Shown here: one piece after another, positions 58,473 to 64,000 of the stretch
Layout: each line of letters starts with the position of its first letter
How positions within the stretch are numbered: the first letter of the stretch is position 1
Source: an uncultured Gammaproteobacteria bacterium
GTDB lineage: Bacteria > Patescibacteriota > Microgenomatia > UBA10105 > UBA927
Reading direction: 5' to 3'
DNA length: 64,000 nt
Assembly: GCA_964573695.1 (NCBI GenBank)
Contig: CAZNKB010000006.1
Span: forward strand, 8,879 to 72,878
Notes under the pieces: model-generated
What the model was told of the DNA's origin: nothing
The model's database searches: none
What the model saw: the letters and a program-made list of their open reading frames with translations, nothing else
Translations under genes and position numbers: made by a program

Positions 58473-61400
58473 ATGCTGATCCAACGGTTTGAAGGAGAAG
58501 GAGTGGTTCGTATTGTTCCACAAAGTAACAATATAGATCAATCTATAACAAACATACAAAATCTGAATCCTTCGTTTGATACCACGACAATCAACCAGTC
58601 ATCACAGCTTGCGTCCAATCAGGGATTTTATCCTTCTTTATATAGTGGGGGCGCAGGAACAACCGGTGTGACCGGAGCGACAGGCGCTACTGGCATACAG
58701 GGAGCAAAAGGGGATTCCGGAGCAAAAGGAGCACAAGGATCCAATGGAGTCGACGGACCAACGGGAGCGACGGGAACTGGTGAGTTGGGGCCGATTGGTC
58801 CGACAGGAGCAACAGGGTCAGGCGGTGGAGGTGGTGGCGGAGGTGGCGCAGACGGACCAACGGGAGCAACAGGGGCGACCGGAGGAATTGGTGCAAGCGG
58901 ACCAACAGGGTCTACAGGAGCAACTGGTGCCAATGGCCCCACAGGATCGACCGGAGTCACCGGAACACAAGGTGCTTCCGGCCCGACCGGTTCAACTGGT
59001 GCCACAGGTGGAGTCGGGGCCTCCGGTCCAACGGGTTCGACAGGAGCGACTGGCAGTGTAGGAACAACTGGTCCTACTGGTTCGACAGGAGCGACGGGAT
59101 CACAGGGTGCATCAGGTCCCACTGGTTCCACAGGTTCCACAGGTGGAGTTGGTGCATCAGGTCCAACGGGAAGTACGGGATCCACTGGCTTGCTTGGCGC
59201 ATCAGGCCCGACTGGTTCTACTGGAGTACAAGGCTCTTCCGGTCCCACTGGATCAACCGGTGCGACCGGTTCGCAAGGTGCTTCCGGTCCGACAGGGTCT
59301 ACAGGAGCAACGGGTGGAGTTGGTGCAAGCGGCCCGACGGGAAGTACTGGGGCAACAGGAGGCGTTGGATCGAGTGGTCCGACTGGTGCTACCGGATCAA
59401 CGGGAGCAACTGGTTTACAGGGATCTTCAGGTCCCACCGGATCTACAGGTACAACAGGTCAAGGTGGTCCGACTGGTGCCACAGGTCCTACCGGCTCTCA
59501 AGGGGGAGCCGAAGGCGCACCAGGTCCTACTGGCTCAACCGGAGCAACTGGGAGTGTAGGTGCATCAGGCCCGACGGGTAGCACCGGTGCCACTGGAGGA
59601 ATTGGAGCCAGCGGCCCGACAGGATCTACAGGTGCAACCGGAACGCTGGGAGCAAGTGGACCAACGGGAAGTACGGGATCCACTGGCTCACAAGGAGCAA
59701 GTGGTCCTACCGGCCCAACAGGAAGCACAGGATCTACGGGAGGCGATGGTGCCTCGGGCCCAACCGGTACAACCGGATCTACCGGTACTCAAGGAACAAG
59801 CGGTCCGACGGGTTCAACAGGTGCAACAGGTTCTCAAGGTGCATCAGGTCCTACCGGAGCAACTGGCGCCACGGGTACCAATGGCCCAACAGGATCAACA
59901 GGCGCTACTGGTGGAGTTGGCGCAAGTGGACCTACAGGCGCAACAGGAGCAACTGGAACACAAGGAAATCCAGGAATTGACGGAGCAAATGGTCCTACAG
60001 GTTCTACAGGAGCAACTGGTGCAAATGGAGCAAATGGTCCTACAGGTTCTACAGGAGCAACTGGTGCAAATGGAGCAAGCGGACCGACAGGTTCAACAGG
60101 TGCGACTGGAACTCAAGGGGCAAGCGGTCCAACGGGTTCAACTGGCACCACTGGAACCAATGGTCCAACGGGTTCGACAGGAGCAACAGGAGGCGTTGGT
60201 GCATCAGGCCCGACGGGAAGTACTGGGGCAACAGGAGTGCAAGGAGCTTCGGGTCCGACAGGAAGTACCGGAGCTACAGGTGGAGTCGGAGCCAGTGGCC
60301 CGACAGGATCTACCGGCGCAACTGGTTCACAGGGGTCTTCCGGCCCAACCGGAAGTACCGGAGCTACAGGTGGAGTCGGAGCCAGTGGCCCGACAGGATC
60401 AACGGGAGCTACAGGTTCAGTAGGGCAACAAGGTGCTTCAGGTCCGACTGGTTCTACTGGATCCACAGGAACAAATGGAGCATCCGGTCCGACCGGATCA
60501 ACGGGAGCAACCGGCGTAAATGGAGCGAGCGGACCCACTGGTTCAACGGGAGCTACTGGGTCTCAAGGATCTTCTGGTCCAACAGGATCAACAGGAGCTA
60601 CTGGTGGAGTTGGAGCCAGTGGCCCGACCGGATCAACCGGATCAACAGGTACTCAAGGGGGTGTTGGCGCATCAGGTCCAACGGGAAGTACAGGGGTAAC
60701 GGGAAGTAACGGTCCAACTGGTTCTACGGGAGCGACCGGAAATGCAGGAGAAAATGGTCCGACAGGTAGTACGGGAGCAACTGGTGGCATCGGTGCATCA
60801 GGCCCAACTGGCTCAACCGGCGCGACTGGAATACAAGGAGCTAGTGGCCCAACTGGAAGTACGGGTGCTACAGGATTTCAAGGAGCGAGTGGGCCTACCG
60901 GATCTACTGGCGCTACAGGTGAAGTTGGTACGTCAGGCCCGACTGGTTCAACTGGCTCTACCGGCGCAAATGGACCTACTGGTTCTACTGGGGCAACAGG
61001 TTCCCAGGGAGTAAGTGGGCCTACGGGCTCCACTGGTTCTACCGGAGGAGTTGGTGCTTCTGGTCCGACTGGTTCTACTGGTGCTACGGGAACGCAAGGT
61101 GCCTCCGGACCCACAGGAAGCACCGGGGCTACCGGAAATGCAGGAGAAAATGGTCCGACCGGGAGTACGGGAGGAACTGGAGCGGTTGGCGCCAGTGGTC
61201 CCACAGGCTCTACCGGGGCTACTGGTTCTGTTGGAGCGAGTGGTCCAACAGGAAGTACCGGATCCACTGGGGTTCAGGGAGCATCCGGTCCTACCGGTTC
61301 CACTGGGGCAACGGGAATTCAGGGAGCGAGTGGTCCGACCGGGAGTACGGGAGCAACAGGAGTTAATGGTGCATCAGGACCAACCGGATCCACAGGAGCA

Positions 61401-64000
61401 ACTGGTGGAGTAGGAGTTACAGGTCCGACGGGAGCAACAGGCTCTACTGGTACGAATGGTCCAAGTGGATCAACAGGGGCTACGGGTGAAGTTGGAGCCA
61501 GTGGTCCAACCGGATCTACTGGCGCTACTGGTATTCAAGGTGCATCAGGACCAACCGGATCTACAGGAGCTACCGGAACACAAGGCGCTTCAGGTCCTAC
61601 GGGAAGTACGGGAGCAACAGGTGGCAATGGTGCATCAGGACCAACCGGATCTACAGGAGCAACGGGTGGCAATGGTGCCTCCGGTCCTACGGGATCAACT
61701 GGGTCAACAGGATCTGCGGGAGTTCAGGGAGCATCTGGTCCCACAGGAAGTACGGGTGCCACCGGTACTGCTGGAGCGACTGGCCCTACCGGTTCCACTG
61801 GGGCAACGGGAGTTCAGGGAGCGAGTGGTCCTACTGGATCTACTGGTGCGACTGGAACACAGGGAGCAAGTGGACCAACCGGAAGTACCGGAGCAACTGG
61901 TGGAATTGGAGCGTCTGGTCCGACCGGATCTACGGGAGCTACCGGAAATGTAGGAGAAAGTGGTCCTACCGGTTCAACAGGTACCACGGGAATCAATGGT
62001 CCGACGGGTTCGACAGGATCTACAGGAAGTGTTGGCTCATCCGGTCCGACTGGATCTACTGGTGCGACAGGAACACAAGGAGCGAGTGGTCCCACCGGAT
62101 CAACAGGAGCTACCGGAACACAAGGTGCTTCAGGTCCTACGGGAAGTACGGGTGCAACTGGCGGTGCTGGAGAGAATGGTCCCACCGGATCAACAGGAGC
62201 TACCGGAACACAAGGTGCCTCCGGTCCCACAGGATCAACCGGGTCAACAGGTGCTCAAGGAAGCGTTGGTGCTTCAGGGCCAACTGGTTCAACAGGAGCC
62301 ACGGGAGTCCAAGGCGCCTCTGGGCCTACTGGCTCAACTGGATCTACCGGTGGTGTTGGTGCATCTGGTCCTACAGGATCTACCGGTGCAACTGGAGTTC
62401 AGGGAGCCTCCGGTCCCACCGGATCGACCGGAGCGACCGGAACGCAAGGAGCAAGTGGTCCAACTGGTGCAACAGGTGCGACTGGCACTCAAGGTGCCTC
62501 CGGTCCAACCGGATCCACAGGTGCTACCGGAGCGAATGGTCCCACCGGATCGACCGGAGCGACCGGAACGCAAGGTGCGTCTGGACCGACTGGTTCTACC
62601 GGTGCCACAGGAATGCAAGGAGCCTCCGGTCCCACAGGAAGTACGGGGGCGACTGGTATTCAAGGAGCGAGTGGTCCCACCGGATCTACTGGCGCTACTG
62701 GTATTCAAGGTGCATCAGGACCAACCGGTTCAACAGGTGCAACTGGTAGCAATGGTGCATCGGGTCCCACCGGATCTACTGGCGCTACTGGTATTCAAGG
62801 TGCATCAGGACCAACCGGGAGTACAGGAGCTACCGGAACACAAGGTGCTTCAGGTCCTACGGGATCGACTGGCGCAACTGGAACACAGGGAGCCTCTGGA
62901 CCTACGGGATCCACAGGAGCTACAGGAATTGCTGGAGTTACAGGTCCGACCGGGGCAACCGGAGCCACGGGAACGGCTGGAGCCAGTGGTCCGACCGGGG
63001 CAACCGGAACAACAGGCGTGCAAGGTCCAACGGGACCTGCAGGTCCAGGCGGAGAAACATTTATTTTGGACGGCGGGGCATACCTTTATCCGAATAATAC
63101 ATACGCGACTGACTTTAATTTTGATGACTTGGTCTTAGGGCTAGACGGAGAGGCAGGAGCGACCATAACTACCAATGATACGAACGAAACGCTTGATATC
63201 AATACCAATGGTACGGGAGCTATCACCATAGGCAGCGGTGCGAGTGCAAAATCGGTAACAATCGGCAACTCGACGACGACATCGAGCGTCGTATTGACAA
63301 AGGGAGCTTCAGGAAATATCACATTTACCGGGTTTGATTGCTCCGGCCTTACCAATGGTGGTGCGCTTACGGCTGACGCCAGCGGAAATATTTCCTGTAG
63401 CAATGACGATGGTGGTGGTGGCTCGACGACGCTGAAAGCTGCGTATGATGCGGATGTCGACGGATCCGACGCGGTGATCCTTATGACATCTACCGACGGA
63501 AGTATTATTTTCCAAACTGTTGCGGGGACGAATTTCCAGGTCGTTGCAACGGCGGCACCCACCGTAGATTTGCAGACAATCACCAATGCCGGTCAGGGAG
63601 TCACCAGTACCTCTGGAGTTGATGGACTATCGATCACCTATGTCCAGTCAACCGACGCCGGAACTATTACAGGGTCTGGGCTTGATATTACGGTGACGCC
63701 GTCTGGCGATGCGGCAGATACTATCCGTGCAATTACCATTAATAATGTGAGCGCAGGATCATCAACGGAAACAGGGCTTTACCTTGGCACCGGGTATGAT
63801 AAAGATATTCAATTTGCCGATCAAACACCGGTCATTCAAGTACCGGACGCGACGACCACGTTCGCTTCTCTCAATTTTCAGAATGCATCCGGCACGGTTC
63901 TGGCTTCGCTCAAGGAGTATTTTGCCGGGGAGAATTATGGTGCGATTGAGTCTGGAGGATTTATCAATATCGACGGAAGTTTCTATATGGATAACTTCAG
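58473..64000 (+). CDS. Giant collagen-like repeat protein (partial, continues beyond the window): short N-terminal region, ~1470 aa of uninterrupted Gly-X-Y triplets ([10 protein letters not shown] type), and a Thr/Asn/Gly-rich fiber-like C-terminal domain
   Basis: Frame 0 is open from 58404 to 64000, checked at multiple points. First ATG at 58473 ([23 protein letters not shown]...), with TTG 58440 as an alternative. GXY from ~58650 to 63053 with a ~15 aa (45 nt) period [15 protein letters not shown]. C-terminal [81 protein letters not shown]... Absent from the track because it has no in-window stop. Frame 1 and the minus frames are also open over the repeat but lack Gly periodicity. Confidence 0.7.
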   Translation, partial: MLIQRFEGEGVVRIVPQSNNIDQSITNIQNLNPSFDTTTINQSSQLASNQGFYPSLYSGGAGTTGVTGATGATGIQGAKGDSGAKGAQGSNGVDGPTGATGTGELGPIGPTGATGSGGGGGGGGGADGPTGATGATGGIGASGPTGSTGATGANGPTGSTGVTGTQGASGPTGSTGATGGVGASGPTGSTGATGSVGTTGPTGSTGATGSQGASGPTGSTGSTGGVGASGPTGSTGSTGLLGASGPTGSTGVQGSSGPTGSTGATGSQGASGPTGSTGATGGVGASGPTGSTGATGGVGSSGPTGATGSTGATGLQGSSGPTGSTGTTGQGGPTGATGPTGSQGGAEGAPGPTGSTGATGSVGASGPTGSTGATGGIGASGPTGSTGATGTLGASGPTGSTGSTGSQGASGPTGPTGSTGSTGGDGASGPTGTTGSTGTQGTSGPTGSTGATGSQGASGPTGATGATGTNGPTGSTGATGGVGASGPTGATGATGTQGNPGIDGANGPTGSTGATGANGANGPTGSTGATGANGASGPTGSTGATGTQGASGPTGSTGTTGTNGPTGSTGATGGVGASGPTGSTGATGVQGASGPTGSTGATGGVGASGPTGSTGATGSQGSSGPTGSTGATGGVGASGPTGSTGATGSVGQQGASGPTGSTGSTGTNGASGPTGSTGATGVNGASGPTGSTGATGSQGSSGPTGSTGATGGVGASGPTGSTGSTGTQGGVGASGPTGSTGVTGSNGPTGSTGATGNAGENGPTGSTGATGGIGASGPTGSTGATGIQGASGPTGSTGATGFQGASGPTGSTGATGEVGTSGPTGSTGSTGANGPTGSTGATGSQGVSGPTGSTGSTGGVGASGPTGSTGATGTQGASGPTGSTGATGNAGENGPTGSTGGTGAVGASGPTGSTGATGSVGASGPTGSTGSTGVQGASGPTGSTGATGIQGASGPTGSTGATGVNGASGPTGSTGATGGVGVTGPTGATGSTGTNGPSGSTGATGEVGASGPTGSTGATGIQGASGPTGSTGATGTQGASGPTGSTGATGGNGASGPTGSTGATGGNGASGPTGSTGSTGSAGVQGASGPTGSTGATGTAGATGPTGSTGATGVQGASGPTGSTGATGTQGASGPTGSTGATGGIGASGPTGSTGATGNVGESGPTGSTGTTGINGPTGSTGSTGSVGSSGPTGSTGATGTQGASGPTGSTGATGTQGASGPTGSTGATGGAGENGPTGSTGATGTQGASGPTGSTGSTGAQGSVGASGPTGSTGATGVQGASGPTGSTGSTGGVGASGPTGSTGATGVQGASGPTGSTGATGTQGASGPTGATGATGTQGASGPTGSTGATGANGPTGSTGATGTQGASGPTGSTGATGMQGASGPTGSTGATGIQGASGPTGSTGATGIQGASGPTGSTGATGSNGASGPTGSTGATGIQGASGPTGSTGATGTQGASGPTGSTGATGTQGASGPTGSTGATGIAGVTGPTGATGATGTAGASGPTGATGTTGVQGPTGPAGPGGETFILDGGAYLYPNNTYATDFNFDDLVLGLDGEAGATITTNDTNETLDINTNGTGAITIGSGASAKSVTIGNSTTTSSVVLTKGASGNITFTGFDCSGLTNGGALTADASGNISCSNDDGGGGSTTLKAAYDADVDGSDAVILMTSTDGSIIFQTVAGTNFQVVATAAPTVDLQTITNAGQGVTSTSGVDGLSITYVQSTDAGTITGSGLDITVTPSGDAADTIRAITINNVSAGSSTETGLYLGTGYDKDIQFADQTPVIQVPDATTTFASLNFQNASGTVLASLKEYFAGENYGAIESGGFINIDGSFYMDNF
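58650..63053 (+). repeat. Coding tandem repeat array, ~45 nt periodicity (collagen-like G-X-Y)
   Basis: Reiterated variants of GGT CC(N) AC(N) GG(N) TC(N) AC(N) GG(N) GC(N) AC(N) GG(N) ... spanning ~4.4 kb. Confidence 0.8.

Noticed and set aside
58628-62230. Minus-strand ORFs rich in Pro/Val/Gly (58628-59437, 59498-59728, 60113-60538, 60878-61267, 61814-62230) and plus-strand frame-1 ORFs rich in Gln/Val/Leu/Pro (58744-63138 series) over the repeat
   Set aside because: They are mirror or alternative frames of the GXY-coding repeat. Only frame 0 has strict Gly-every-third periodicity and runs uninterrupted for >5.5 kb. The others are broken by stops into fragments and have composition typical of shifted or antisense collagen codons.
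58650-63053. A ~45 nt tandem periodicity that could be mistaken for a CRISPR or satellite array
   Set aside because: No spacer-repeat alternation. The periodicity is codon-level, degenerate at wobble positions, and in frame with flanking non-repetitive coding sequence.
1-64000. Possible alternative genetic code (UGA to Gly, code 25) as seen in some CPR lineages
   Set aside because: TGA cleanly terminates several well-supported genes (e.g. 57634-57636 for the HTH-Cache gene and the GT4 paralog junction ATGA). Reading through TGA does not extend homology, so standard code 11 applies.

Overview
This 64 kb window looks like a gene-dense bacterial chromosome segment. It uses the standard genetic code: TGA, TAA and TAG all terminate ORFs that are otherwise well supported. 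There are many lineage-specific hypothetical proteins, and the content is consistent with a small-genome, CPR/Patescibacteria-like organism, though that assignment is inference only.

Features I can support from the sequence:
- Housekeeping genes: ndk, a Maf-like protein, mreB, glgA, an M16 zinc peptidase, two adenylate-kinase-like paralogs, a GNAT acetyltransferase, and a NaChBac-type voltage-gated ion channel.
- A convergent tRNA-Pro(CGG) / tRNA-Arg(CCU) pair, with a degenerate tRNA 3'-half-like element next to it.
- A very large investment in surface and glycan biology. On the minus strand there is a GT4 -> GT39/83-like GT-C -> ~1000 aa GT-C membrane protein operon (5856-11545). On the plus strand there is GT26 (WecB/TagA), four GT4 genes (three of them tandem paralogs) and glgA (45033-54338). 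There is also a run of signal-peptide or lipoprotein genes with Thr/Pro-rich linkers, and a sortase paired with an LPVAG-anchored substrate.
- A 1980 aa giant protein with internal glycine-zipper TM helices.

The most striking element is at the 3' end. A translationally coupled HTH-TM-Cache regulator (55705-57636) and a 255 aa membrane-anchored protein (57636-58403) are followed, in the same frame, by a giant collagen-like protein (58473 to beyond the window, more than 1840 aa). That protein has about 490 uninterrupted G-X-Y triplets of [10 protein letters not shown] type, Thr/Ser-rich in the Y positions, arranged with roughly 45 nt periodicity, and ends in a non-collagenous fiber-like C-terminal domain. 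The supplied ORF track does not list it, because it runs off the window and several alternative frames are also open there. Together with the adjacent glycosyltransferase arrays, this looks like a glycosylated collagen-like surface filament system, in the manner of BclA, that has probably not been characterised.

Other oddities worth a look:
- A 14 nt identical promoter motif (CTATAGGTTATAAT) duplicated upstream of both kinase paralogs, which flank the ion channel.
- A conserved C-terminal tail (HSNTxRxTF) shared by two adjacent unrelated ORFs.
- Two long structured intergenic regions of roughly 750-800 bp each that lack ORFs and could hold ncRNAs.
- Several intrinsic terminators and inverted repeats.
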